The translations under genes and the position numbers were made by a program. Below the pieces are notes generated by a model, which ran no database searches, was not told where the DNA came from, and worked only from the letters and a program-made list of their open reading frames with translations. A stretch of 64,000 nucleotides of DNA from an uncultured delta proteobacterium (GTDB lineage Bacteria; Desulfobacterota; WTBG01), in NCBI GenBank assembly GCA_963793865.1, contig CAWCBP010000006.1:160001-224000 (forward strand). The letters are read 5' to 3'. Shown here in pieces: positions 1 to 10,633 of the stretch (positions within the stretch are counted from its first letter, which is position 1; each line of letters starts with the position of its first letter).

Positions 1-538
1 GCCGGAGGTCATCGCGACCGGGGTCGACGCGATCAAGATTGAAGGCAGGATGAAGGGCATACACTATGTGGCGGGCGTCACCAGGGCCTACCGCAGCGCG
101 CTGGACGACTACCGCCGGGACCCTGAAGGCTTTCGATTCCGGCCCGAGTGGCTTGAGGAATTAAAGCGGCTCAGCCACCGCGATTATACGACCGGCTTTG
201 CATTCGGCACCCCCTCCGCCGCTGATTATACCTATGAGACCTCCGCCTGTCTCAGGACGCATGAGCTGGTGGGAGTGGTGACCGATGTCCGTATGCCCGG
301 TGCGGCCGGCGATGCGCCCGCTTCCGGCAGCTGGATAGAGCTTGCTGTGCGCAACAGAATCACCCGCGGGGAGTGGATTGAGTTTGTCGACAGGCAATTT
401 ACCTGTCACGGCGGCAGGATTACAGAAATGACCGATGAGCAGGGCGGCGCGCTGAATGAAGCGCATCCCAACCAGCGCGTGCGGGTAAAAACCAGCCTGC
501 CGGTGGGCGTAAACGACCTTGTGCGGCGGAAAAAATAA
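1..538 (+). CDS. U32 family peptidase-like protein (tRNA/rRNA hydroxylation family), C-terminal part; gene begins before the window
   Basis: Frame is open from the window start: ...VDAIKIEGRMKGIHYVAGVTRAYR...HRDYTTGF, with a C-terminal VRNRI..GE.IE beta-barrel typical of U32 proteins. Confidence 0.85.
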   Translation, partial: PEVIATGVDAIKIEGRMKGIHYVAGVTRAYRSALDDYRRDPEGFRFRPEWLEELKRLSHRDYTTGFAFGTPSAADYTYETSACLRTHELVGVVTDVRMPGAAGDAPASGSWIELAVRNRITRGEWIEFVDRQFTCHGGRITEMTDEQGGALNEAHPNQRVRVKTSLPVGVNDLVRRKK

Positions 539-632
539 GCGGCTGCCTGTAAAGAGGCAGTTCCGTCACCCGCGCCGACGGGTGGGATGCCGGGACAGGC
601 CGGCGGGGTTTTTGCTTGACAATATGTAGTGC

Positions 633-711
633 TTGACATTTGAAGTCGGCCAATATATAGTTTTCGGCGCTCGCTTTTTTTATTGACAAAACCTTCGTTT
701 CTGCATATAAA
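633..711 (+). promoter_or_regulatory. Tandem sigma70-type promoters for the yceD-rpmF-fab cluster
   Basis: TTGACA(633)-N17-TATAGT(656) and TTGACA(683)-N17-TATAAA(706). Confidence 0.6.
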
Positions 712-723
712 GCTCCCTTTAAA

Positions 724-1296
724 ATGAAAAGGCCCAGAAAACCTGATGAGTTATGTGTCGCGCTCGATGAGATAAGCGAGTCGGGGCATCATCTTTCCTG
801 CAGAAAGCACCCGCGCTGGGTCGCCGAAAACCTGCAGGAAGAAAAAACCATTGATTGCGGCTTTGCGGAAGATATCAGGATAGGGCTTGATTTTTTCAAA
901 ACAGGCAAGACGGTCATAGTGAGGGGCACGCTTGCAACCACCCTGCAGCTGCGGTGCGTAAGGTGCCTGGAGGATTTTACCCTTCCCCTTGCTGCGGCGT
1001 TCAATTATAATCTGCTGCCGGAAGAGGAGCGGGATCTGCCCCAGGAGATGGAAATCCCCCGGGAGGAATTTGAAGCCTCCTATTACAGGGGCACGCTTAT
1101 CGACCTCACCCCCCTGGTGCTTGAACAGATCGTTCTGCATATTCCCACGCACCCGCTCTGCCGCGAATCCTGCAGGGGCATCTGCCAGCATTGCGGAGCG
1201 GAGCTGAATCGTGCGCCGTGCCGCTGCGCCGGCGATGAAGGAACGGTGTCACCCTTTTCGGCACTGAAGCATTTTACACCCAAACAGAGAACATAG
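724..1296 (+). CDS. yceD: DUF177/YceD family protein (23S rRNA accumulation)
   Basis: CVRCLE and PLCRESCRGICQHCG..LN motifs; directly upstream of rpmF. Confidence 0.9.
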   Translation: MKRPRKPDELCVALDEISESGHHLSCRKHPRWVAENLQEEKTIDCGFAEDIRIGLDFFKTGKTVIVRGTLATTLQLRCVRCLEDFTLPLAAAFNYNLLPEEERDLPQEMEIPREEFEASYYRGTLIDLTPLVLEQIVLHIPTHPLCRESCRGICQHCGAELNRAPCRCAGDEGTVSPFSALKHFTPKQRT

Positions 1297-1323
1297 ATTC
1301 ACACGGGGAAAGAGAGACCAAAC

Positions 1324-1506
1324 ATGGCAAACCCAACCAAGAGGCATTCCAAATCCAGAAAGCGAAAACGCCGCACCCATGACAGCCTGTCCGCGGTGAA
1401 CATGGTAAGCTGTCCCCAGTGCGGTGAAACCAGGCTTCCCCATCACGTGTGCCCCCACTGCGGTGTCTACAAGGGGCGGCAGGTAATTACGGTGGAAGAG
1501 GTATAG
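1324..1506 (+). CDS. rpmF: 50S ribosomal protein L32
   Basis: MANPTKRHSKSRKRKRRTH...CPQCG...PHHVCPHCGVYKGR. Confidence 0.97.
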   Translation: MANPTKRHSKSRKRKRRTHDSLSAVNMVSCPQCGETRLPHHVCPHCGVYKGRQVITVEEV

Positions 1507-1570
1507 TGCGTGATCTTCCCCCCCATTGTTTCAGACATACTTTATAATCATGCACACGGGTGGTGAGGGA

Positions 1571-2551
1571 ATGATACGTGCGCGCATTGCCGGAACCGGC
1601 TCATATCTGCCGGAACGGGTGCTCACCAATGAGGAGCTGGAGCGGATTGTCGACACCAATGACGAGTGGATTGTCTCCCGCACCGGCATTAAGGAACGGA
1701 GGATCACCGGCGAAGGAGAGGCCTCATCGACGCTGGCTCTCAGGGCCGGGCAGCGGGCGCTGGAAATGGCAGGGGTCGCGCCTGAGGAGCTGGACATCAT
1801 CATCGTGGGCACGGTAACCCCCGACATGTTCTTCCCGTCGGTCGGATGCCTGGTACAGGATGCCCTGGGCGCCAAGCGGGCCGCCGCCTTTGACGTGTCC
1901 GCCGGCTGCAGCGGTTTTATTTACGCCCTCACCATTGCCGATGCCTTTATACAAAACGGGAAGTACCGGAAGGCCCTGGTCATCGGTACCGAAAATCTTT
2001 CCAAGGTAACCGACTACCAGGACCGCGGCACCTGCGTTCTTCTGGGTGACGGATCCGGGGCGGTGGTGCTGGTGGGGGAGGAGGGGGAGCGGGGCATCCT
2101 GTCATCGCACCTCCATTCCGACGGAAGCTATAGGGATCTTCTCTTCCAGCCGGGGGGCGGATCCGCCATACCGCCGACCTACGAGAGCATTGACAACCGG
2201 CTGCACTATCTGAAGATGGACGGCAACAAGCTCTTTAAAATTGCCGTCAAGTCCCTTGAGGATGTCGTCCTGGAGACGCTGGCCTCCAATGATATGAGGG
2301 ACAGTGACATTGATCTGCTCATACCGCACCAGGCCAACCTGCGCATTATTCAGGCCATTGCCAAGCGCCTGAATCTGCCCGAGGAGAAGGTTTTCATCAA
2401 CATTCACAAGTACGGCAACACCTCGTCGGCCTCGATTCCCATTGCCCTGGATGAGGCCAACCGGGGCGGCAGGATCAAGCAGGGCGACCTGCTGCTGTTC
2501 AACGCCTTCGGCGCGGGACTGACCTGGGGCGCGGTGCTGGTCAGATGGTAA
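1571..2551 (+). CDS. fabH: 3-oxoacyl-ACP synthase III
   Basis: AAFDVSAGCSGF (catalytic Cys), PHQANLRII, YGNTSSASIP; ATG at 1571 after GGTGAGG. Confidence 0.95.
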   Translation: MIRARIAGTGSYLPERVLTNEELERIVDTNDEWIVSRTGIKERRITGEGEASSTLALRAGQRALEMAGVAPEELDIIIVGTVTPDMFFPSVGCLVQDALGAKRAAAFDVSAGCSGFIYALTIADAFIQNGKYRKALVIGTENLSKVTDYQDRGTCVLLGDGSGAVVLVGEEGERGILSSHLHSDGSYRDLLFQPGGGSAIPPTYESIDNRLHYLKMDGNKLFKIAVKSLEDVVLETLASNDMRDSDIDLLIPHQANLRIIQAIAKRLNLPEEKVFINIHKYGNTSSASIPIALDEANRGGRIKQGDLLLFNAFGAGLTWGAVLVRW

Positions 2552-2701
2552 GGGGACAGGCTTTGCCGGTCACCGGATGGGTTGCCAGTGGGCTGGTTGT
2601 CCGCCGATGCGGAGTGCATTCCCGGCGGCGGCCATGAACCCTTTACCGTGGACTGTTGACTGACCGCCGTTGACTAAAAAGATCATTTCAGCAAAGGAGC
2701 G

Positions 2702-3865
2702 ATGAAGCACATGGATTACGGTTTTACCGAGGATCAAAGGCACATTCAGGAGCTGGCCCGCAAGATCGGCAAGGATAAAATACTGCCGATCCGCGCCCAG
2801 CTTGATGAATCGGAGGAGTTTCCCTGGGCGATCATGAATACCCTGGCCGAGGTGGGTCTGTTCGGGATTTACATCCCCGAGGAGTACGGGGGGCTGGGAT
2901 TGGGCAATTTTGAGAATTGCCTCGCGGTGGAAGAGCTCAGCCGCTACTGCATCGGCGTTTCCGTCTCCTTCGCGGCAAGCGGTCTGGGCTGCTATCCCAT
3001 ACTGCTCTACGGCAGCGAGGAGCAGAAAAAGAAGTACCTTCCCCTGATTGCCTCGGGAAAGAAGCTGGCGGCCTTCGGCATCACCGAATCAGCCGCCGGC
3101 AGCGATGCTTCAGCCATCCGGGCCACGGCCACAAAGGACGGCGACAGCTACGTCATCAACGGCATCAAGCAGTGGATCACCAACGGCGGCGAGGCTGAGA
3201 TCTATTCCATCATTGCCAAGACCGACAAAACCAAGGGTCCGCGCGGCGCCAGCGCTTTTATCGTCGAGAAGGGCACGCCGGGCTTTACCTTCGGCAAGAA
3301 GGAGAAGAAGCTGGGCATCAGGTCCTCCGCCACCCGGGAGCTGGTTTTTGAGGACTGCCGCATCCCCAGGGAAAATCTCATCGCCAGGGAGGGGATGGGG
3401 TTTATCGTGGCCATGAAGACCTTTGACCAGACGCGGCCGGGCATTGCCGCCCAGGGGGTGGGCCTGGCCCAGGGAGCCCTGGATGCCGCCGTGGAATACG
3501 CGCGGGAGCGGGAAACCTTCGGCAAGCCGATTATTTCCCATCAGGCGGTGCAGCACATGCTCGCCGACATGGCAACCCAGATTGAGGCGGCGCGCGCTCT
3601 CACCTATCTCTCCGCCAAAACCGCGGACCTGCGCTCAAAGGACCTCCCCAAGGTATCGGCCATGAGCAAGCTTTTTGCCACCGACGTGGCCATGAAGGTG
3701 ACCACCGACGTGGTGCAGATCTTCGGGGGATACGGGTACATGCGTGACTACCCGGTTGAAAAGATGATGCGCGACGCCAAGATCCTGCAGATCTATGAAG
3801 GCACCAACCAGATCCAGCGCAACGTTATCGGGCAGCATCTCATCAAGGAAAGCGCAAGCAGCTGA
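2702..3865 (+). CDS. Acyl-CoA dehydrogenase family flavoprotein (butyryl/short-chain type)
   Basis: FGITESAAGSD, KQWITNG, KLGIRSS, QIFGGYGY, ILQIYEGTNQIQR with catalytic Glu. Confidence 0.93.
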   Translation: MKHMDYGFTEDQRHIQELARKIGKDKILPIRAQLDESEEFPWAIMNTLAEVGLFGIYIPEEYGGLGLGNFENCLAVEELSRYCIGVSVSFAASGLGCYPILLYGSEEQKKKYLPLIASGKKLAAFGITESAAGSDASAIRATATKDGDSYVINGIKQWITNGGEAEIYSIIAKTDKTKGPRGASAFIVEKGTPGFTFGKKEKKLGIRSSATRELVFEDCRIPRENLIAREGMGFIVAMKTFDQTRPGIAAQGVGLAQGALDAAVEYARERETFGKPIISHQAVQHMLADMATQIEAARALTYLSAKTADLRSKDLPKVSAMSKLFATDVAMKVTTDVVQIFGGYGYMRDYPVEKMMRDAKILQIYEGTNQIQRNVIGQHLIKESASS

Positions 3866-3915
3866 AAACCCGCTGCGCACGCCCGGCGGCCTGCGCACGA
3901 GAGAGGCATGAAGTC

Positions 3916-4848
3916 ATGGCAGACGTAGGATTTTTGTTCCCCGGTCAGGGCTCACAGTATGTGGGCATGGGAAAAGAGCTGGCCGATACGTTCCCCGTTG
4001 CCCGCCGCACCTTTGAAGAGGCTGACGAGGCGCTGGGGGGAGGCATTTCCGCGCTCTGTTTCTCGGGTCCCGAGGAGGAGCTCAAGCTCACCCGCAATAC
4101 CCAGCCCGCCATCCTGACGGTGAGCATTGCGGCCCTGAGGGTCCTGGGTGATGAAACGGGGCTTCGTCCGGTCATGCTGGCGGGGCACAGCCTGGGTGAG
4201 TACGCGGCCCTGACCGCCGCCGGGGCCATGCAGTTTGCCGACGCGGTGCGGACGGTCCGCTTCAGGGGCATGTTCATGCAGGAGGCGGTCCCGCCGGGTC
4301 AGGGCGCCATGGCGGCCATCATGGGGCTGGAGGCGCCCGCGGTGGAGGAAATCTGCAGGCAGGCGGCCCAGGGAGAGGTGGTTTCACCGGCGAATTTCAA
4401 CTCCTCCTGGCAGATTGTCATTTCCGGGCATGCCGGTGCGGTGTCGCGCGCGGTAGACCTCGCCCTCAAGGGGGAGGCAAAAAAAGCGGTGATGCTGGCG
4501 GTCAGCGCTCCCTTCCATTGCAGCCTGATGAAGCCGGCCGCGGATCGGCTCGCGCAGGTGCTTGCGGATGTTCCCGTTTCTCCGCTTGCGGTACCGGTCA
4601 TTTCCAACGCGGACGCGAAGCCGTATCCCTCGCAGGACGACATCAAACCGCTCCTGGTGAAGCAGGTGGACCATCCGGTGCGCTGGGAGGAGTCCATGGG
4701 TGAGTTCGTCTCACGCGGCGTGAAAGGGGTTATCGAGATCGGTCCCGGCAAGGTGCTGACCGGATTGATGAAGCGGATATCCAAGGAGGTCAAAACGGCA
4801 AACATGGAACTGCCCGGCGATCTGGCGGAGCTGTCCCGGCTGGTTTAA
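3916..4848 (+). CDS. fabD: Malonyl-CoA:ACP transacylase
   Basis: FPGQGSQ, GHSLGEY, VSAPFHC, EIGPGKVL. Confidence 0.96.
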   Translation: MADVGFLFPGQGSQYVGMGKELADTFPVARRTFEEADEALGGGISALCFSGPEEELKLTRNTQPAILTVSIAALRVLGDETGLRPVMLAGHSLGEYAALTAAGAMQFADAVRTVRFRGMFMQEAVPPGQGAMAAIMGLEAPAVEEICRQAAQGEVVSPANFNSSWQIVISGHAGAVSRAVDLALKGEAKKAVMLAVSAPFHCSLMKPAADRLAQVLADVPVSPLAVPVISNADAKPYPSQDDIKPLLVKQVDHPVRWEESMGEFVSRGVKGVIEIGPGKVLTGLMKRISKEVKTANMELPGDLAELSRLV

Positions 4849-4882
4849 CTGATGCTGAGAAGCAAAGGCACGGTGGGTGTAT

Positions 4883-5623
4883 ATGGGTGTGAAAGGTAAA
4901 AGAATTATTGTAACCGGGGCCGCCCAGGGTATCGGGAAGGCAATTGCCGCACTCCTGGCGGAGCAGGGGGCATCGCTTCTGCTCTGCGACGTGGACCTGG
5001 AAAAGACGGAGGCGACTGCGCGTGATATCGGGGCAGGGGGGGCCACCTGCCTTGCCTGCAGGGCCGACGTCACCAAATCGGCTGACGCGGAGGCCCTGGT
5101 GCAGGATGCGGTGGGGCGCCTGGGGGCGGTTGACGTCCTGATCAACAACGCCGGCATTACTAGGGACAATGTTCTGCTGAGGATGAAAGAGGATCAGTGG
5201 GACCAGGTGATGGCGGTCAACCTCAAGGGGACGTTTAATTGCACCAAGGCCGCGATCAAGATCATGATTCGTCAGAAGCAGGGGACGGTCATCAACATCG
5301 CCTCCATCACCGGTCTCATGGGCAACGCCGGTCAGGCAAACTATTCGGCCTCCAAGGCGGGCGTGATCGGGTTTACCAAGGCCATTGCCCGCGAATATGC
5401 CGAGCGGGGGATAACCGTGAACGCGGTTGCGCCGGGATTCATCCAGACGGCCATGACCGATGCCATACCCGAAAAGGAGCGGGAGGCGCTCATAAGCCAG
5501 ATACCGCTGAAGCGCCTGGGCACGCCCCTGGATGTGGCCCGGGTTGTCCTCTTCCTGGCCTCTGATGAAGCGGCGTATATTACCGGGCAGGTCATCGGCG
5601 TGAACGGCGGACTTTACATGTGA
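4883..5623 (+). CDS. fabG: 3-oxoacyl-ACP reductase
   Basis: TGAAQGIG, NNAGITRD, GNAGQANYSASKAG. Confidence 0.96.
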   Translation: MGVKGKRIIVTGAAQGIGKAIAALLAEQGASLLLCDVDLEKTEATARDIGAGGATCLACRADVTKSADAEALVQDAVGRLGAVDVLINNAGITRDNVLLRMKEDQWDQVMAVNLKGTFNCTKAAIKIMIRQKQGTVINIASITGLMGNAGQANYSASKAGVIGFTKAIAREYAERGITVNAVAPGFIQTAMTDAIPEKEREALISQIPLKRLGTPLDVARVVLFLASDEAAYITGQVIGVNGGLYM

Positions 5624-5647
5624 ACGAAACAATCTCAAGGAGGATAC

Positions 5648-5890
5648 ATGAGTATGACGGTGGAAGAAAAAATAAAGAATGTGATCGTTGAGCAGCTGGG
5701 GGTGAGCGCTGATGAGGTGGTTCCTGAGGCCTCCTTTGTGGATGACCTGGGCGCTGATTCCCTTGACCTGGTGGAACTGATAATGGTATTGGAGGAGGCG
5801 TTCGAACGGGAAATCCCTGACGAAGACGCGGAAAAGCTTCAAACGGTTGGGGACGCCATAAACTATATCAAGAGCGGTATGAAAGCGTAG
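5648..5890 (+). CDS. acpP: Acyl carrier protein
   Basis: [14 protein letters not shown] phosphopantetheine site. Confidence 0.97.
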   Translation: MSMTVEEKIKNVIVEQLGVSADEVVPEASFVDDLGADSLDLVELIMVLEEAFEREIPDEDAEKLQTVGDAINYIKSGMKA

Positions 5891-5958
5891 CCGCGTTACC
5901 GCACCCTGTTCGGCGGATTCCGCGGGATCTTCGCACACGGGCAGGGGAGGGCAGCATC

Positions 5959-7200
5959 ATGAACAAACGAGTTGTGGTAACAGGGGTGGGCATGATCAGC
6001 CCGCTCGGTGTCGGGGTCAAGGAAAACTGGGAGGCCATCTGCCAGGGGAAGTCGGGGATTGGGCCGGTCACCCGGTTTGACATCACTGACTTCCCCAGTA
6101 AAATTGCCGGTGAGGTGAAGGGGTTCAACCCTGAAGATTTCATCGACAAAAAAGAAACAAAAAAAATGGATATCTTTATCCATTACGCCCTTGCTTCCGG
6201 CATGATGGCCCTCAAGGATTCCGGGCTTATCATTGATGAAAGCAATGCGGACCGGGTGGGGGTGCTGGTGGGCGCCGGGCTGGGAGGCCTGTCAACCATC
6301 GAACGATATCACAGCGTCCTGCTCGAGCACGGGCCGAAGAGGATATCACCCTTTTTCATCCCCATGCTGATTGTCAATCTTGCTCCCGGCCAGATTTCCA
6401 TTTATTTCGGTGCGCGCGGACCCAACAGCAGCGTGGTCACCGCCTGCGCCACCGGTAATCATTCCATCGGCGAGGCCTGCAGGATCATACAGCGCGGCGA
6501 CGCGGATGTCATGATCGCGGGAGGCGCGGAATCAACCATTACCCCGCTGGCCATCGGCGGTTTCTGTTCCATGCGGGCGCTTTCCACCAGGAACGAAGAG
6601 CCGCAGCGAGCCAGCCGCCCCTTTGATAAGGACCGGGACGGCTTTGTCATTGCCGAAGGCGCGGGGCTGCTTGTCCTGGAGGAGCTTGAGCACGCCACGC
6701 GAAGAGGGGCGCGCATTTATGCCGAGATCATCGGCTTCGGCTGCAACGCCGATGCCTATCATATTTCGGCCCCTTCGCCCAATGGCATGGGCGCCGCCAA
6801 ATGCATGGAAATCGCCCTGAAGGACGCCGGCATCAATTATGATGAGGTCGATTATGTGAATGCCCACGGCACGTCAACCCCGCTGAACGACCTGTCGGAG
6901 ACCATGGCCATGAAGACGGTTTTCAGGGATCGCGCCAGGAAGATAGCCGTCAGCTCCACCAAGTCCATGACCGGACATCTCCTGGGAGCGGCGGGCGGCG
7001 TTGAAGCCATCTACAGTGTTCTGGCCATCACGCACGGGGTCATACCTCCCACCATTAATTATGAAACCCCTGACCCGGAGTGCGACCTGGACTATGTGCC
7101 CAACACCCCCCGCGAGGCCGCGGTGCGGGTGGTGATGTCCAACTCCTTCGGATTCGGGGGAACCAACGCCACCCTCATATTCAGGGAATTCAAAGGCTGA
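5959..7200 (+). CDS. fabF: 3-oxoacyl-ACP synthase II
   Basis: [36 protein letters not shown]. Confidence 0.96.
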   Translation: MNKRVVVTGVGMISPLGVGVKENWEAICQGKSGIGPVTRFDITDFPSKIAGEVKGFNPEDFIDKKETKKMDIFIHYALASGMMALKDSGLIIDESNADRVGVLVGAGLGGLSTIERYHSVLLEHGPKRISPFFIPMLIVNLAPGQISIYFGARGPNSSVVTACATGNHSIGEACRIIQRGDADVMIAGGAESTITPLAIGGFCSMRALSTRNEEPQRASRPFDKDRDGFVIAEGAGLLVLEELEHATRRGARIYAEIIGFGCNADAYHISAPSPNGMGAAKCMEIALKDAGINYDEVDYVNAHGTSTPLNDLSETMAMKTVFRDRARKIAVSSTKSMTGHLLGAAGGVEAIYSVLAITHGVIPPTINYETPDPECDLDYVPNTPREAAVRVVMSNSFGFGGTNATLIFREFKG

Positions 7201-7210
7201 TGCTCACGCG

Positions 7211-7663
7211 ATGAAACTGTGTATTGCCTCCGATCACCGGGGGGTTGTGCTTAAAGAGGGGCTGAAGGCGTTTTTGCGCGCCGAAGGCCTTGATCCTCAG
7301 GACAAGGGCCCCGCCGATCAAAACCCGGTTGATTATCCCGATTACGGAGCGCTGGTTGCGCAGGCGGTTTCCCGGGGGGCCTGCGACCGGGGCATACTCA
7401 TCTGCAGCACCGGCATCGGCATGTCGGTTGTGGCCAACAAGTACCCCGGCGTCAGGGCCGCACTGTGCGGCGATGCCGCCACCGCACGGCAGTGCCGGGA
7501 GCACATTGACGCCAATGTCCTGGTGCTGGCGGGGAGCAGCGTGTCCGATGCGGCGGCGCGCGAGATTGTTGGGACCTGGCTGCGCACGCCGTTTGAAGGC
7601 GGGCGGCATCAAAGACGGCTCGATAAAATTGCGACCCTGGAGCGAACGCTCTGCAAGCCCTGA
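7211..7663 (+). CDS. rpiB: Ribose-5-phosphate isomerase B
   Basis: ASDHRG, DYPD, ICSTGIGMS, FEGGRHQRR. Confidence 0.95.
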   Translation: MKLCIASDHRGVVLKEGLKAFLRAEGLDPQDKGPADQNPVDYPDYGALVAQAVSRGACDRGILICSTGIGMSVVANKYPGVRAALCGDAATARQCREHIDANVLVLAGSSVSDAAAREIVGTWLRTPFEGGRHQRRLDKIATLERTLCKP

Positions 7664-7750
7664 CCATTCGCCGCGAACCCGGCACCTGCAGCACCGGCAT
7701 CCCGTCGCATCAACCCATCAATTCTCACGACATCTGCGCAGCGTGCAATC

Positions 7751-8206
7751 ATGACCAGACCAAGTTGGGAACGCTATTTCATGGATATCACTCATCTGGT
7801 GGCCAAACGCTCCACCTGCATGAGGCGCCAGGTGGGCGCACTGCTGGTCAAAGAGAAGCGGATCCTGGCCACCGGTTACAACGGGGCACCCTCGGGCATC
7901 GCTCATTGCCTGGATGTGGGATGCCTGCGCGAGCAAAACAAGATTCCCTCAGGTGAGCGGCATGAGCTCTGCAGGGCCTCTCATGCCGAGCAGAATGCCA
8001 TCGTCCAGGCGGCGGCCTACGGAATCCCCATCAAGGACGCCGCGCTGTTCTGCACCAATCTGCCCTGCAGCATCTGCATGAAATTGATTATCAACGCCGG
8101 CATCAAGACCATCTTCTATGCGGAAGGATACCCGGACCCGCTCTCCGGCGAGCTCATACGGGAGGCGGGTATCGCGTTGACAAATGTTGGGAAAGATGTA
8201 CAATAA
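7751..8206 (+). CDS. Deoxycytidylate deaminase family (ComEB-like)
   Basis: [35 protein letters not shown]. Confidence 0.92.
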   Translation: MTRPSWERYFMDITHLVAKRSTCMRRQVGALLVKEKRILATGYNGAPSGIAHCLDVGCLREQNKIPSGERHELCRASHAEQNAIVQAAAYGIPIKDAALFCTNLPCSICMKLIINAGIKTIFYAEGYPDPLSGELIREAGIALTNVGKDVQ

Positions 8207-8267
8207 CGCCGTTTTGAGGCGGCGTGTCCGGCATGCGCCTATCTGAGAGGTTAGAGGAGACCGCGAG

Positions 8268-8756
8268 ATGAAGTGCCCCTTTTGTACCAGTTTGGACAAC
8301 AAGGTTATTGATTCCCGGCTGAGCAAGGAGGGAATGGTGGTGCGGCGGCGCAGGGAGTGCATTGCCTGCCACCGGCGTTTTACCACCCACGAGCGGGTGG
8401 AGGAAATCCTGCCGGTGGTCATCAAGAAGGACGGGAGACGGGAGCCGTTTGACCGCGGCAAGATTCTCTCGGGCGTCCAGAAGGCATGCTCCAACCGTCC
8501 GGTGAGCGTTGACGCCATCGAAAGCCTGGTGGAACGGGTGGAGCGCTACTTTCAGGACCGGGGGGATAAGGAGATTAATTGCCCCGAAATCGGCGAGGCG
8601 GTGATGCGGGAGCTCAACGGGCTGGATGAAGTGGCGTACGTGCGGTTTGCCTCGGTCTATCGCCAGTTCAAGGACATAACCGAGTTCATGACCGAGGTAA
8701 AGGACCTGTTACATACGAGGGAGAAAAAGGCCGCCAAGAAGGGACAGAAAGGGTAA
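8268..8756 (+). CDS. nrdR: Transcriptional repressor NrdR
   Basis: [27 protein letters not shown] cone, [10 protein letters not shown]. Confidence 0.97.
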   Translation: MKCPFCTSLDNKVIDSRLSKEGMVVRRRRECIACHRRFTTHERVEEILPVVIKKDGRREPFDRGKILSGVQKACSNRPVSVDAIESLVERVERYFQDRGDKEINCPEIGEAVMRELNGLDEVAYVRFASVYRQFKDITEFMTEVKDLLHTREKKAAKKGQKG

Positions 8757-8766
8757 AAGCATATCC

Positions 8767-9888
8767 ATGCATGAAACATACATGCGCATCGCCCTCGCCC
8801 AGGCCCGGAAGGGCGCGGGCAGGGTCAGTCCCAACCCGATGGTGGGCGCGGTGGTGGTCAAAGGGGGCAGGATAGTCGGCAGGGGATATCACCGCAAGGC
8901 CGGTACTCCCCACGCCGAGGTGCACGCCCTGGCCCGGGCGGGGCGGAACGCCCGCGGCGCCGACCTGTATGTGAATCTGGAACCGTGCGCCCATTTCGGC
9001 AGGACCCCGCCCTGCGTTGACGCCATTATTGCGGCCGGCATCAGGAAGGTGGTGATGGGCATGATTGATCCCAACCCCCTGGTGTCGGGGAAAGGGATCT
9101 CGCGGCTTAAGAGGGCCGGCATCCGAATATGCAGCGGCGTGCTGGAAGAGGACTGCAGGAAGCTCAACGAGGCATACATAAAATATATAACCCGGGGCGT
9201 ACCCTTTGTCATGTTGAAGGTTGCCTCCAGCCTGGACGGGAAGATCGCAACCGCGTCAGGCGACTCCCGGGGTCTCACCGCTCCGCCCGCGATCCGGGCG
9301 GTGCATCGGCTCAGGGACCGGGTGGATGCCATACTGGTGGGGATCGGAACGGTTGAGGCGGACGACCCGCTGCTCACCACCCGGATTCCCGGAAAGCGCG
9401 GCAAAGATCCCGTCCGGGTGATCGTTGACAGCAGGCTGCGCGTTTCTTCGCAGGCGCGGGTGTTCAACCCCGGCTCCGGTGCCGGGGTAATCGTTGCCAC
9501 CACCGCCAGGGCGCCCCGTGCAAAAATAGCCGGACTGGAACGGATGAAGGGCGTCAGGGTAATGACCGCAGACGGAAAGGACGGGCGGGTTGATTTGAAG
9601 CGGCTGATGACCCTGCTGGGGAAACGTGGAATCTCCAGCCTGCTGATCGAAGGGGGAACCGCGGTCAGCACCTCTGCCCTGGATTCGGGTATTGTCGACA
9701 AGATTCTTTTTTTCTACGCGCCCAAAATTTTGGGCGGCAGACTGGCATACGGGATCACGGCGGGAGAAGGTGCCGCCTCGGTGAAAGAGGCCATTGCCGT
9801 TCACAACCTGACGCTGAAACGGTACGGAGACGACATTCTCGTGGAAGGATATGTGCACCACCGTCAGCCGTGCCGGAGAGGCGGGTAA
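8767..9888 (+). CDS. ribD: Riboflavin biosynthesis deaminase/reductase
   Basis: PNPMVGAV, HAE, LEPC.HFGRTPPC, SLDGKIA, LIEGG. Confidence 0.96.
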   Translation: MHETYMRIALAQARKGAGRVSPNPMVGAVVVKGGRIVGRGYHRKAGTPHAEVHALARAGRNARGADLYVNLEPCAHFGRTPPCVDAIIAAGIRKVVMGMIDPNPLVSGKGISRLKRAGIRICSGVLEEDCRKLNEAYIKYITRGVPFVMLKVASSLDGKIATASGDSRGLTAPPAIRAVHRLRDRVDAILVGIGTVEADDPLLTTRIPGKRGKDPVRVIVDSRLRVSSQARVFNPGSGAGVIVATTARAPRAKIAGLERMKGVRVMTADGKDGRVDLKRLMTLLGKRGISSLLIEGGTAVSTSALDSGIVDKILFFYAPKILGGRLAYGITAGEGAASVKEAIAVHNLTLKRYGDDILVEGYVHHRQPCRRGG

Positions 9889-9933
9889 GATCCGGGCAGG
9901 CCGGCGTTACCCTTCGCACCGCGGGTCGAAACA

Positions 9934-10572
9934 ATGTTCACCGGCTTAATTGAAGACATCGGTACGATCGCGTCCGTGGAGAGCAGGTCCGGGTCGGTGC
10001 TGCTGACCATCAGCCACGCCCCCCATCTGGATGACCTGCAACAGGGGGACAGTATCGCGGTTGACGGCGTGTGCCTTACCGTCACCGGGAGGGGGGAAGG
10101 GAAGTTCGGCGCCGAGGCATCAACGGAAACGGTGAGCGTCACCACCCTGGGAATAAAAAAGCCGGGGCATCGGGTGCATCTGGAGCGCGCCCTCACCTTC
10201 TCCGGACGGCTGGGCGGGCACCTGGTTACCGGTCACGTTGATGAACAGGGAAAGGTGGTTGCCCTCCTGCCTCAGGGCCGCTCTCTGAAGATGACCTTCC
10301 AGATTTCCGATCGAGGCATCCGCTATGTGGTGGAAAAAGGTTCGGTGGCCGTCGACGGCGTGAGCCTTACCGTCAATGAAGTGCGGGGCAATCGTTTCAG
10401 CGTCATGGTGATTGACTATACGGCCGGGCATACCGTTCTTGCCGGCAGGAAAGTCGGCGAGGCGGTGAATATAGAGACCGATATCATCGGCAAATATCTT
10501 GAGCGCCTGGGCGGCGGGCAGGGCGGCGCGAAGCTTGATGCCCGCTTTCTCGCCGAGCATGGCTTTTCATGA
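9934..10572 (+). CDS. ribE: Riboflavin synthase alpha chain
   Basis: [30 protein letters not shown]. Confidence 0.96.
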   Translation: MFTGLIEDIGTIASVESRSGSVLLTISHAPHLDDLQQGDSIAVDGVCLTVTGRGEGKFGAEASTETVSVTTLGIKKPGHRVHLERALTFSGRLGGHLVTGHVDEQGKVVALLPQGRSLKMTFQISDRGIRYVVEKGSVAVDGVSLTVNEVRGNRFSVMVIDYTAGHTVLAGRKVGEAVNIETDIIGKYLERLGGGQGGAKLDARFLAEHGFS

Positions 10573-10633
10573 GTTTCCGGTGTATAATAATGATGTGTCA
10601 AGCAATTCGGCAGCAGGAAGGAGTTTGCATACC

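Noticed and set aside
4790..5938. 382-aa minus-strand ORF over fabG-acpP, and similar shadow ORFs throughout the window
   Set aside because: They fully overlap confidently identified genes in GC-rich DNA and contain no recognisable domains.
8700..9934. FMN riboswitch for the rib genes
   Set aside because: The rib genes follow nrdR with very short spacers, leaving no room, and no RFN consensus is visible.
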